Below are positions 28,205 to 37,257 of a stretch of 64,000 nucleotides of DNA, in pieces. Origin of the DNA: Fibrobacteria bacterium. Its GTDB lineage: Bacteria > Fibrobacterota > Fibrobacteria > UBA11236. The notes beneath the pieces were generated by a model. That model worked only from the letters and a program-made list of their open reading frames with translations. It made no database searches and had not been told where the DNA came from. Each line of letters starts with the position of its first letter. Position 1 is the first letter of the stretch. The stretch covers positions 32,001-96,000 of the forward strand of contig JAYTHY010000074.1 of NCBI GenBank assembly GCA_043732185.1. The letters run 5' to 3'. Both the position numbers and the translations under genes were made by a program.

Positions 28205-29650
28205 ATGTTAAAATATGCCTGCGCTTTGTCCCTTTTCATCTTGTTCTCCTTCTATGCCCTTTCAGCAAAACCGCTTTATGTTTCCGCTGCAGCAGCAGCC
28301 GGTGGCGATGGAAGTTTAAACAGGCCCTATGCAACATTGCAAAAAGCCGCGGATGTAACCCAGCCAGGCGATACGGTTTACGTTATGAACGGCACGTATT
28401 CCAATGGCGGAACGGATAATGTGGTTCTCCTTTCACATTCCGGAACGGCTTCACAATGGATTGTTTTTATCGCTTACCTTAATCACAAACCCCGCTTGTC
28501 GTTTACAGGCTGGGGCGGATTCAGGAGCCAAAGTGCGGCTTACATTGAAATCAATGGCTTCGAAATTGTCGGAAACCGAGACAACCTTACCTTAGATTTC
28601 GCCAAGTCTCATGGAGGGACGGCGGAGACGGGTGGATCGGGCATCGAGTTCGATGGGCGTGGACAACAAAATCATCCACATCATATCCGCATCCTTAACA
28701 ATTCCATTTTCAAATGTCCGGGAGCAGGCATCAGCATGATCCAAAGCGACTATATCACGGTGGATAACAATAAAATCTGGGGCAACGCCTGGTACTCGCA
28801 ATGGGCGCATAGCGGTTGTACGATATACCAAAGCTGGGGAATCGATACGAATACCACCACCAAAATTTTTGTGACACGCAATTTAGTTTATGATAATCGG
28901 TCCCTAGTCAATTGGGTTGTCACCAGCGCATTATCAGACGGCAACGGAATTATTTTCGACGATTCCAAACACACCCAGAATGGCTCCACCCACGGCGTGT
29001 ATGCGGGCAGAACCCTTATCGCGAATAATATTTCCTTCAATAACGGAGGCGCTGGCATCCATTCCTTTTCAAGCGCACATGTGGATATCGTGAATAACAC
29101 CGGCTATTACAATGGGCAGGTGGTCAATTATGCCAACATTTATGCGGTGGACAGCAAGGACGTACGGGTTTTGAATAATGTGATGGTTTCCGCGCCTGGC
29201 AAACCGTTGACATGGAATAGCGGTGACACAAATGTAACGTACGATTACAACGTCTATTACGGAGATCAGCAACCTATCGTCATGGGCCCGCATGACATTA
29301 AGGAAAATCCACTTTTTGTTAATGCCTCCATCGATCCATTGGTGGCGAACTTCCACATCTCTCAAGGAAGCCCCGCCATTGATAAGGGGACGTCTGCGCT
29401 GACTCTTGTTTCCGATTATGAAGGCAGGCCCAGGCCGCAAAACGGCCTTATGGATATCGGGGCTTATGAGTATACTGCGGCTTCCCTAGTACGCATGCCA
29501 CATGCTAATTTTGGTTCAACTAGGCGCGAAGAAGCGGGAGCGCAGGATGCATTCCGATTTAGTCATGGGAAATCGCAGGTGCTTTTTTTTGAAAATGGGA
29601 TGTGGTTTAATTTAATCGGCAACCTGAATGCCACGTTTAAGTCGCCATAG
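28205..29650 (+). CDS. Secreted right-handed parallel beta-helix protein (DUF1565/pectin-lyase-like) with choice-of-anchor-Q-type tail
   Basis: Signal peptide; 'GDGSLNRPYATLQKAA..TQPGDTVYV..GTY', 'DGNGII.D', 'NNGGAGI', 'GSPAIDKG...PR...DIGAYEY'. Confidence 0.8.
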   Translation: MLKYACALSLFILFSFYALSAKPLYVSAAAAAGGDGSLNRPYATLQKAADVTQPGDTVYVMNGTYSNGGTDNVVLLSHSGTASQWIVFIAYLNHKPRLSFTGWGGFRSQSAAYIEINGFEIVGNRDNLTLDFAKSHGGTAETGGSGIEFDGRGQQNHPHHIRILNNSIFKCPGAGISMIQSDYITVDNNKIWGNAWYSQWAHSGCTIYQSWGIDTNTTTKIFVTRNLVYDNRSLVNWVVTSALSDGNGIIFDDSKHTQNGSTHGVYAGRTLIANNISFNNGGAGIHSFSSAHVDIVNNTGYYNGQVVNYANIYAVDSKDVRVLNNVMVSAPGKPLTWNSGDTNVTYDYNVYYGDQQPIVMGPHDIKENPLFVNASIDPLVANFHISQGSPAIDKGTSALTLVSDYEGRPRPQNGLMDIGAYEYTAASLVRMPHANFGSTRREEAGAQDAFRFSHGKSQVLFFENGMWFNLIGNLNATFKSP

Positions 29651-29746
29651 GTGAGGTGGTTCAGAATTTTATTCACAATCAAAAAATAATGGGTACCTTT
29701 TCCAAAAAAAATGGTACGGTTAGCTAACCACTGGAATTGGGATTTT

Positions 29747-31342
29747 ATGAAAACACGAATGAATGCGTTTTTGGGAGTATTAGTAAGCATCGGATTTGCC
29801 AACAATATTAATACGGGTGGCCTTTCTGGGGTCAACACCACCTACTCTGCGTATAGCATTGGGCAGGGCAGTTATCAATTGGGTTTGTCGCTCAAAGGTG
29901 AGTATGGGAACAAGGCCTTGGAGGAATTTTTGCCCTCCGGCTCCCACAATATTGCAGACGTCAATTTATTTACCCAAGACCTGAGTATCGCCTTGGGTGT
30001 AACCAATTGGATGGATATCGGACTGGATGTCCCCTTTTTCGAAGACGTGATTCCCGGGTTTGAAAATGGCACCACCGGTTTGGGCGACATGGCAGTGGCC
30101 TTGAAGTTGATGCATCCGGGAATGGAACCGACAGCCTTGATTCGTTTGGCCTACATCATGCGAGTCAGCCTTCCCACGGGAGATCCAGCGGCGGGTTATT
30201 ATGCACGAGATCCCCAGTATTCGCATGTGAGCGTTTTCAATACGAGTGGCGCATTTACTTCCGATGGGTACAGCCTCAATCCTATGTTGGCATGGACTTT
30301 TGATTTTACTCGACTCAAAACACCAAAGCCCTTGCTTGTGCATGTCAACTTCGGTATGGATGCTTTGATTTGGACGAAAAAAGCTGCAAACATTCCAGAG
30401 GAGAACTCCGCCATGCTGGGTGGTCTCGCGTTGGAATGGTTGGCGCACAAAGACTGGAGTTTGTTCCTCGATTTCTATGGCAAGTCCCGTATCATCAATG
30501 TGACTGCCGGTCCATTTTTGGATATTTTCGCCAGAGACCAGCTCAACTTGGCCATCGGAACCAAAAAAGTGTACGCATCTGGATGGTCGACGGCGCTGTC
30601 CTTTGAAGGCAGCCTATCTACGCAGGAAAACCGAACCAAATGGTCCACCAATCATAGCGGGGATGGCGTTAAAAACTATATGCTTCAGCCCACTCCCATC
30701 CTTGCAGCCACGCTGAGCATTGGCTTTGGAGGTGTCGGTAAAAATGCGGATTCAGACTTTGATGAAAACCCCAATGCCACTGACAAGTGCCCGAATGATG
30801 CGGAAGACTACGACGGCTACCAAGATGAAGACGGTTGCCCCGATCCCATCCATATTCCCATTGCCCCAGTGGTAGTGCGGGACACCGTGGTGCAGACCAT
30901 TCGTGACACGGTTAGACTAGTCCGCAGTGATACAGTGCGTGTTGCCGTTGTCGACAGCTTAGCTTACAAAACGCAGCAGGATCCCAATGCCATTTTCGGA
31001 TTTGGAAAGACGACTTTTCCATCCATCACTTTCCGGACAGCATCGGATTCACTCAATCTAACGTCCTTTAAAACCTTGAACGATATTGCACAATCCATCA
31101 AAAACTTCCCGGATGTAACTCTTCAGGTTATCGGCTATACGGACAAAACCGGCAGCGAGGAGACCAACATGGCCTTATCCAAGGCTAGAGCAGAAACCGT
31201 GGTCCGCTACCTGGTCAGTCATGGGGCGGATGCAAATCACTTGCAACCCATTGGATTGGGGGCGACCAACCCCGTAGGCAGCAATACTTCGGCTGGAGGT
31301 CGATTCTTAAATCGCCGGGTGGAATTCAAGCGCATCAAGTGA
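29747..31342 (+). CDS. OmpA-family protein: N-terminal barrel, TSP3-type Ca-binding repeat, C-terminal peptidoglycan-binding domain
   Basis: DKCPNDAEDYDGYQDEDGCPD; GYTDKTG..ETNMALSKARAETV, NRRVEF. Confidence 0.88.
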   Translation: MKTRMNAFLGVLVSIGFANNINTGGLSGVNTTYSAYSIGQGSYQLGLSLKGEYGNKALEEFLPSGSHNIADVNLFTQDLSIALGVTNWMDIGLDVPFFEDVIPGFENGTTGLGDMAVALKLMHPGMEPTALIRLAYIMRVSLPTGDPAAGYYARDPQYSHVSVFNTSGAFTSDGYSLNPMLAWTFDFTRLKTPKPLLVHVNFGMDALIWTKKAANIPEENSAMLGGLALEWLAHKDWSLFLDFYGKSRIINVTAGPFLDIFARDQLNLAIGTKKVYASGWSTALSFEGSLSTQENRTKWSTNHSGDGVKNYMLQPTPILAATLSIGFGGVGKNADSDFDENPNATDKCPNDAEDYDGYQDEDGCPDPIHIPIAPVVVRDTVVQTIRDTVRLVRSDTVRVAVVDSLAYKTQQDPNAIFGFGKTTFPSITFRTASDSLNLTSFKTLNDIAQSIKNFPDVTLQVIGYTDKTGSEETNMALSKARAETVVRYLVSHGADANHLQPIGLGATNPVGSNTSAGGRFLNRRVEFKRIK

Positions 31343-31367
31343 TTCAAATTTTAGACGCGGCGGCCTT

Positions 31368-32111
31368 TCAACGGCCGCTCGTTTTCACGCTCCATGCATA
31401 GCCCAAATGCATGTGCATCGATTCCGCTGTAATGGAACCCCTTAAGCCCGACATTAAGGATTGTGGTTCCCGCTTGGTATCGAGCCCCATAAATACCTCC
31501 CCACCACCCAACTGATGCCCGTATTCTAATCCCAAGAGCCGTCCAGAATGCGTGGATCGATATTCGACATAGGGCCTGTTGTCATAGGGTTCACTATCTA
31601 CAGTCCACGCCACATCGCCACGATCAAGAGCCGCGCGGAATACACCAATTTGCACCTGAAAATGCTGAACTTGGCTGTACCAACCCATGCCGAGCAACAA
31701 TGGCCAAATTGTGTAACTCAATTCCGTATTGGATTTTAAAGTATGTGGAAAGGGATTGCCGGGAAAGCTTACGGTTTGTTCCTGGGTTTTTAAGCCATAC
31801 ACTTCTCTTCTGGGCGCAAGCGTCAAAGTAATACCATGCTTCCAACGCGCCGACACCATGGCTCCAAAACTGGATGAAATGTCCATATCTGCTTGCGCTG
31901 GAGCGGGCTTTATCAAAGCCTCGTAATCTGGTGAAGTAATGAATTTAGAGGCGGTAACCCCAATGTGCGGACCGAAAAGAAATTGCACCGGCAACCATCC
32001 TGAATGGTTATTTGAATCCACGTCTGCGCTATGTGCGGGCAGCGCATGCATCATGAGAGTAGCAAAAAGTACAGAGGTAAAGAAAGTGATAGAGGAAATT
32101 TGCGACTTCAT
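31368..32111 (-). CDS. Outer-membrane beta-barrel protein (PorT/OMP_b-brl-like)
   Basis: Signal peptide, 'FGPHIGVTAS', 'LSYTIWPLLLG', C-terminal aromatic strand; ATGA-coupled to the upstream gene. Confidence 0.55.
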   Translation of the reverse strand: MKSQISSITFFTSVLFATLMMHALPAHSADVDSNNHSGWLPVQFLFGPHIGVTASKFITSPDYEALIKPAPAQADMDISSSFGAMVSARWKHGITLTLAPRREVYGLKTQEQTVSFPGNPFPHTLKSNTELSYTIWPLLLGMGWYSQVQHFQVQIGVFRAALDRGDVAWTVDSEPYDNRPYVEYRSTHSGRLLGLEYGHQLGGGEVFMGLDTKREPQSLMSGLRGSITAESMHMHLGYAWSVKTSGR

Positions 32112-34339
32112 TTCCGGCTTCCTACGTTAAGCGTGAAACTTTGCATCCCGCGCGGTCCCCGTAGTACAAGGAAGAGTCGCACTTGTCCCAAGTTCTGAAG
32201 CCGTTCCAACGGAATGGCAAAGCCACCTCCACTTCGGAACTCAGCCAAGGAAAGGCTTAGGATGAGTCGCCCGCGAAGGTCGTACACTTCCAGGTTGGGC
32301 AATCTTCCCACGGTCCAAAGGAGTTTCCCCTGCCCCTCTATCCGCAAGAAATTTTTGTCGATGCGGAAAGTTCGCCCGCTCCAAACTTGGATTATTTTGG
32401 GAAGAATAGGCGTACCACTTGATCCCGGGATAAAGGCAGAAGCATCTTCTATGCCTGCGCCCAAATACGTGCCTTTGGTTAGAATGCCATATCGCATGCC
32501 CAAGTCCACTTCCGTCATCTCAGAGATGCGATCGGGATCGGCGGCCCATAAACGGGCCAAGCCGGAATCGGCCGTTGCATCCAACCGCCGCGGCTTGAGC
32601 GTCACGACTCGAGTTTTACGACCGAGGACGTCAATACCTTGAAGTTGCACTGTGTCCGCGAAGGGACCGGCTGCTTTAAAAATCGCTTCCCTTTCGGCAT
32701 TCGAATCGAATGGGAGCATTACAGCTTGGCTGCGCGTGGGAGTAAAGGCATTATATTCCACGGAGGTGGGTTGAAAGACCGGGAACAATAGTGGCGGCAG
32801 GCCGATAGCCAGTGGTGATTTTACGATTAAGGCGCGTAGATTATCATTGGCTTTTAATTTCAATGCTGCGTTAAAATCCACTCCTAACCAAGGAGCTAGG
32901 ACATTGGACAGGGTAACGCTATCGATAACAGATTCGATTAATTTTGGATCTTGCAAATCGATAAGGCTAGCCGGTGCGGTCCCAATACCAATCATTTCAA
33001 TGTGTCGCAAAGGTTCAGGCCCCGTACTGAATCCCTTTCGTATCCTATCCAAGGCGCTTAGAAAGCTGTTCCGGCTTTTCAGAATTTCTCCGGAATCCGC
33101 CCAGACAGTTGGAGCCCATTCCGGCTTGTCGTTTTTGAAATCCTTGAAATCGGTATAAATCTGCTGTTCGGTAAATTGATCCAAATAGGCCAACAACTTG
33201 AGGTAGTCGGCGCTGCCTTCCGCGGCTGGAGGGAAGAAAGTATCCGTAAAACCGGGAGCACTGCGCATCAAGCCAAAGCAATGGCCCTTTGGCGCATATT
33301 CCAGAATGATTTGCTTTAAGGTTTTCGCTTCCAATGCTGCCAGCTGACCCATGGCGGACAGCGTTTTCAAACCACCTTGTATTTCCACCAAATTGTAGGG
33401 TGGATTCCAGCGCCATAAAAAAGTAACCTCAAGCGGCCGAGACAAAAGATTCATTAATGAGTCATTGAGTCCGCCCTTGAAGAGCAAATAATTCCCCTTG
33501 GTTTTACCCGACTCGTGTGTGGTGGTTTGCAAAGTGACTACGGTTTTTATGTTTTCATCGCGGCGAAATAAAAATTCTTTTTGATACGCCACCGTATGCG
33601 ATCCGGAGTCATTCAAAGTGATATGGCCGCTGGCACTCAACCACTGAAGGGAGGGGACATTTTTTGTTTTCTCAAAAAAAGTGATGTGCGCCTGCTTGGG
33701 CACATTGCCGGAAGGATGAAACAAAACCGGAATCCGAAGCACGGCGCCAGGGCCTCCAGGAAAAGGAATATCGTAGGCAATGCGGACTTGCAAGGACGCG
33801 CCCAAAGTCAGTTTGGAAAAGGTGGCCTCAAAGCTTACATCGGACAATTGTTGTAAAAATGCGACGCGGCTATTGAGCGTGCTCTTCAGGGCGGTCGTAT
33901 CCATAAAGTAATCGTTGAGGCTGTAGGTCATTTTGTGCAGCTTCGCCGTGAAAATCGTGTCGCTGTGGATCGCTGACAGAGCGTGCACGGCAGCCAAGGG
34001 CGGGATGGGCAGGCTTCCCTGCAAAAGAAAGTCTCCTGTGATGTCATGTGGACGATTCTCGATATTGCCAGTCAAAACGGCTTCCTCAACTACCGTCAGG
34101 TAGCTCCCATGAGACGTTAAAGTGAGTGATAGATCCTCCAGAGAAGTAGAGCCGAGTCGCGTAAGTTCATAGGTGATGCGCGTGCTGTCCACAAGTTCGC
34201 CGCCCCCTTTAGGAGTGACCTGCACAATTTCTTTGACTATGCGATAGGTGTCGAAGTCGAGTGCCGCCACCACCGGGTTTTGGCAGCAGACAAGCGCTGC
34301 ACCGATTAGAAAAACCTGTCGAGTCGAAGCCAAAAACAT
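32108..34339 (-). CDS. Secreted protein with VIT-like N-terminal region and T9SS-like C-terminal tail
   Basis: GGAGG RBS with ATG 34339; 'SLPIPPLAAVHAL...FTAKL...VRIAY' (VIT-like), 'LARLWA...RYGILT..T', 'LEVYDLRGRLI'. Confidence 0.5.
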   Translation of the reverse strand: MFLASTRQVFLIGAALVCCQNPVVAALDFDTYRIVKEIVQVTPKGGGELVDSTRITYELTRLGSTSLEDLSLTLTSHGSYLTVVEEAVLTGNIENRPHDITGDFLLQGSLPIPPLAAVHALSAIHSDTIFTAKLHKMTYSLNDYFMDTTALKSTLNSRVAFLQQLSDVSFEATFSKLTLGASLQVRIAYDIPFPGGPGAVLRIPVLFHPSGNVPKQAHITFFEKTKNVPSLQWLSASGHITLNDSGSHTVAYQKEFLFRRDENIKTVVTLQTTTHESGKTKGNYLLFKGGLNDSLMNLLSRPLEVTFLWRWNPPYNLVEIQGGLKTLSAMGQLAALEAKTLKQIILEYAPKGHCFGLMRSAPGFTDTFFPPAAEGSADYLKLLAYLDQFTEQQIYTDFKDFKNDKPEWAPTVWADSGEILKSRNSFLSALDRIRKGFSTGPEPLRHIEMIGIGTAPASLIDLQDPKLIESVIDSVTLSNVLAPWLGVDFNAALKLKANDNLRALIVKSPLAIGLPPLLFPVFQPTSVEYNAFTPTRSQAVMLPFDSNAEREAIFKAAGPFADTVQLQGIDVLGRKTRVVTLKPRRLDATADSGLARLWAADPDRISEMTEVDLGMRYGILTKGTYLGAGIEDASAFIPGSSGTPILPKIIQVWSGRTFRIDKNFLRIEGQGKLLWTVGRLPNLEVYDLRGRLILSLSLAEFRSGGGFAIPLERLQNLGQVRLFLVLRGPRGMQSFTLNVGSRK

Positions 34340-34561
34340 AGAGCCTCCAAGAATTGAGAATCGGTCCAAACGCTCGGAAAGTAGTAAATGCAATTTTTAT
34401 GCCAGAGAAAAGAGAACCCAATCAGGCTGATAGAACGCACTAATCCTGCAAAGCCATAGGCATGCCGGTCAGTATTTGATCGGCACCTTCACTTTCTACA
34501 CTCCTTCCCATGGCAACCCGTGAAAAAGCTCTTATACTATACGGCACTTAAGGAGCAGTTG

Positions 34562-35044
34562 ATGCCATATTACGTCATGACCGTACCAACACCCATAGGT
34601 CCTTTAGTGCTAGCAGCCACGGAAAATTCCCTGGTGGCACTCGTATGGAACCGCACGGAGCTCAAACGCCTGGGAATACTGGCTTGGCAGGAGGATGCGG
34701 ATCTGCCCCTTTTTAAGGAGGCGACAAAACAGCTTGGCGAATACTTTCAGGGCGAGCGAAAAGTATTCGCACTTCCCTTGGAATTGACGGGAACGGCATT
34801 TCAAAAAAGTGTGTGGAATGAATTGCTCAATATTCCTTTTGGTCAAACCTGGAGCTATCAAGAAGTGGCCAGTCGAATCGGCAATCCAAAGGCGGTGCGG
34901 GCTGTTGGCACCGCCAATGCCAGGAATCCGGTGTGTATTTTAATCCCTTGTCACCGAGTAGTTCGCCATTCCGGCGAGCTGGGCGGCTATGCCGGCGGCG
35001 TTCGCAATAAAGCCTACCTGCTTGAAATGGAATCTGCCCATTAG
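34562..35044 (+). CDS. ogt: Methylated-DNA--protein-cysteine methyltransferase
   Basis: GTAFQKSVW, IPFGQTWSY, AVRAVG.ANARNP, IPCHRV, LGGYAGG. Confidence 0.95.
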   Translation: MPYYVMTVPTPIGPLVLAATENSLVALVWNRTELKRLGILAWQEDADLPLFKEATKQLGEYFQGERKVFALPLELTGTAFQKSVWNELLNIPFGQTWSYQEVASRIGNPKAVRAVGTANARNPVCILIPCHRVVRHSGELGGYAGGVRNKAYLLEMESAH

Positions 35045-36146
35045 CAATACCACTGAACCGGTTCCTGCAGAGATTGTGGCTGCGGGAGAAAATTACATTG
35101 GGCAAATACTCCGCTTGGCTTTTGAACATACGCCTTCTCGCGGGGCCGTTATTGTGTTTGATACCCAAAGCCCCTTGGCCAGGACTTTAACCGAAGGGTA
35201 TCGACGCTGCCTGCCCACCGCACAATTTATCGACTTCGAGGCCGAATCCCCAGAGGTGATTCGCGCAGCGATGGAAGCGTTGGAACCACTGGATTTGGTC
35301 ATACTCATCCAATCCGCAAATTTTCGACTGGAAGCCTTTCGCCTGCGCGTAGAACTTTTTAAACGATCCTTAAAAGTCATTGAGCACCCACATCTAGCCC
35401 GCATGCAAGGGCAGGAAATCGAGTGGTATATCGATTCTCTGGCCTATGACCCAGATTACTTTCGGAAAATAGGATGCGGACTTAAAGAACGCATCGATAA
35501 GGCCAGAACGGCACTAGTAGTGAGCGGCGACGGACGCGGTGAAGGACGCAGCGAAGGACGCGACGACGAATCGGGTGGCGAGGATTGGCTAGAAAAATTG
35601 GTGTTCTCTTCCGGTTTTGAATCCGCAAAATTGAATACCGGCGATTACCGGAATATGAAAAATATCGGAGGTCAATTTCCCATTGGCGAAGTGTTTACGG
35701 AAGCGAAGGATTTGCAATCCGTGAATGGACGCGTACGCATTTTTGTTTTTGCCGATATCACCTTCATGGTCAATCAACCTGCCAAACCCATCACGCTGGT
35801 CATTGAGAAAGGTCGGGTTGTGGAGGTTGTCGACACCACACCGGAATTTGAAAAGGTGTTGGCCAATATCCGAGCCGATGAAGGGGAAGTCTGGGTACGC
35901 GAATTCGGTTTCGGGCTCAATCGCGCATTTACTCCGCAGCGCATGGTCAGAGATATCGGCACTTTAGAGCGCATGTGCGGCATCCATCTTTCCCTTGGTG
36001 CCAAACACGCGGTGTATCAAAAGCCTGCATTTAAACGCAAGGACGGAAGACACCATGTGGATGTTTTTGTCGTTACCGATTCCGTTCTATTGGATGACGA
36101 AATCGTTTTTAAGGATGGAGCCTGGGTACTTCCCGCTGCGGTTTAA
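34989..36146 (+). CDS. Aminopeptidase-like (M29/thermophilic metalloprotease-related) protein; start uncertain
   Basis: 'FPIGEVFTE', 'VREFGFGLN', 'ER..GIHLSLG.KH', 'HVDVF', resembling the metal ligands of M29-like enzymes. Confidence 0.55.
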   Translation: MPAAFAIKPTCLKWNLPISNTTEPVPAEIVAAGENYIGQILRLAFEHTPSRGAVIVFDTQSPLARTLTEGYRRCLPTAQFIDFEAESPEVIRAAMEALEPLDLVILIQSANFRLEAFRLRVELFKRSLKVIEHPHLARMQGQEIEWYIDSLAYDPDYFRKIGCGLKERIDKARTALVVSGDGRGEGRSEGRDDESGGEDWLEKLVFSSGFESAKLNTGDYRNMKNIGGQFPIGEVFTEAKDLQSVNGRVRIFVFADITFMVNQPAKPITLVIEKGRVVEVVDTTPEFEKVLANIRADEGEVWVREFGFGLNRAFTPQRMVRDIGTLERMCGIHLSLGAKHAVYQKPAFKRKDGRHHVDVFVVTDSVLLDDEIVFKDGAWVLPAAV

Positions 36147-36151
36147 GACTT

Positions 36152-37246
36152 TTAGACAACACGGCTCTCGCATTCAGCTAAAAAATCCGGATCAATGTCC
36201 GCTGCAATACCGGGCTCATCACTAACCTCCAAATGGAATCCCCGATATTTTGCACCGCCTAAAACCGGGTCCACTTTCTGTCCCAAAAGACATGTGTCCA
36301 AATCATAAAAAACAAAACTATCATGCGCCATCGCCAAGTGCACTTTGGCCGTGAGCGCTAGCCTGCTTTCCAGCATCCCGCCCAGCATACAGGAAACGCC
36401 GTAACGTCTGGCCGTATCCGCGATGCGCATCGCTTCCAGGATGCCACCGGATTTAGCCAGCTTGACATTGATATAGTCGAGAGATTGGGACTCGATGAGC
36501 CGAATCGCGTCGTAATGATTGAAAACGCTTTCATCCGCCATAATTCGAATGGGTGATTGTTTGCGCAAATTGGGAAGCAAGGAATCAAAATGATGGTGGA
36601 TGGGCTGCTCGCAGAATTGAATGTCGAAACCAGCCATGGCCTGAAGGGATTTTACTGCCGTGTCAAAATCCCATCCTTGATTGGCATCAATCCTCAGGGC
36701 AATGCTGTTTCCCACTGCTTCGCGTATGAGGCGCACCCGCTCCACATCTTCTTCCCCAGATTTTCCCACTTTGATTTTGAGGGTTTTGACTCCTTGCTTG
36801 ACAAAATCCTTGGCGGACTCCACCATCTTGGATGGTGTATTCATCCCAATAGTCTAGTCCGTCTCAATGGGTTTTTTGCTCCCACCGAGAAAGCGGTACA
36901 GCGGCAGCCCAGCCTTTTTGGCAGCGATATCATGCAAGGCCATGTCGAAGGCACTTTTAATGGTGGCGTTGAAGGCAATATAGGCATGGATTTCTTTCAT
37001 GCGCGTTTGAATATCAAACGGGTCTTTTCCTTTAATGATCCTGGCTAAATCGCCGCCCACAGCAAAACAGGTGCTTTGGGTTTCTCCCACCAGCATCGGG
37101 AAAGCCGAACATTCTCCCATGCCAATCAATCCCTCGGTGGTATGGATTCTAATAAATGTGTTTTGGGCCACAGTGGCGACTTCCGTCGCGATAACGAACG
37201 GCTCCATCGGAAGCGCCAATTTGAAAATCTCGGTATGGGAAATCAT
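36152..37246 (-). pseudogene. Dipeptide (L-Ala-D/L-Glu) epimerase, enolase superfamily, interrupted by an in-frame TAG at 36854-36856
   Basis: Reads '...PIETD*TIGMNTP...' in one frame; GMGECS, SAFDMALHD, KIKVG, DANQGW, EQP, ADES, NVKLAKSGG and DLD all present; RBS GAAAGGA before ATG 37246. Confidence 0.85.
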
Positions 37247-37257
37247 GGTGTCCTTTC

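Noticed and set aside
36854..36856. Genome-wide amber recoding or pyrrolysine as the explanation for the in-frame TAG
   Set aside because: Many genes here end properly at TAG (phoR, pit, aspS, PEPCK), no pyl genes are visible, and the cheB lesion is TAA
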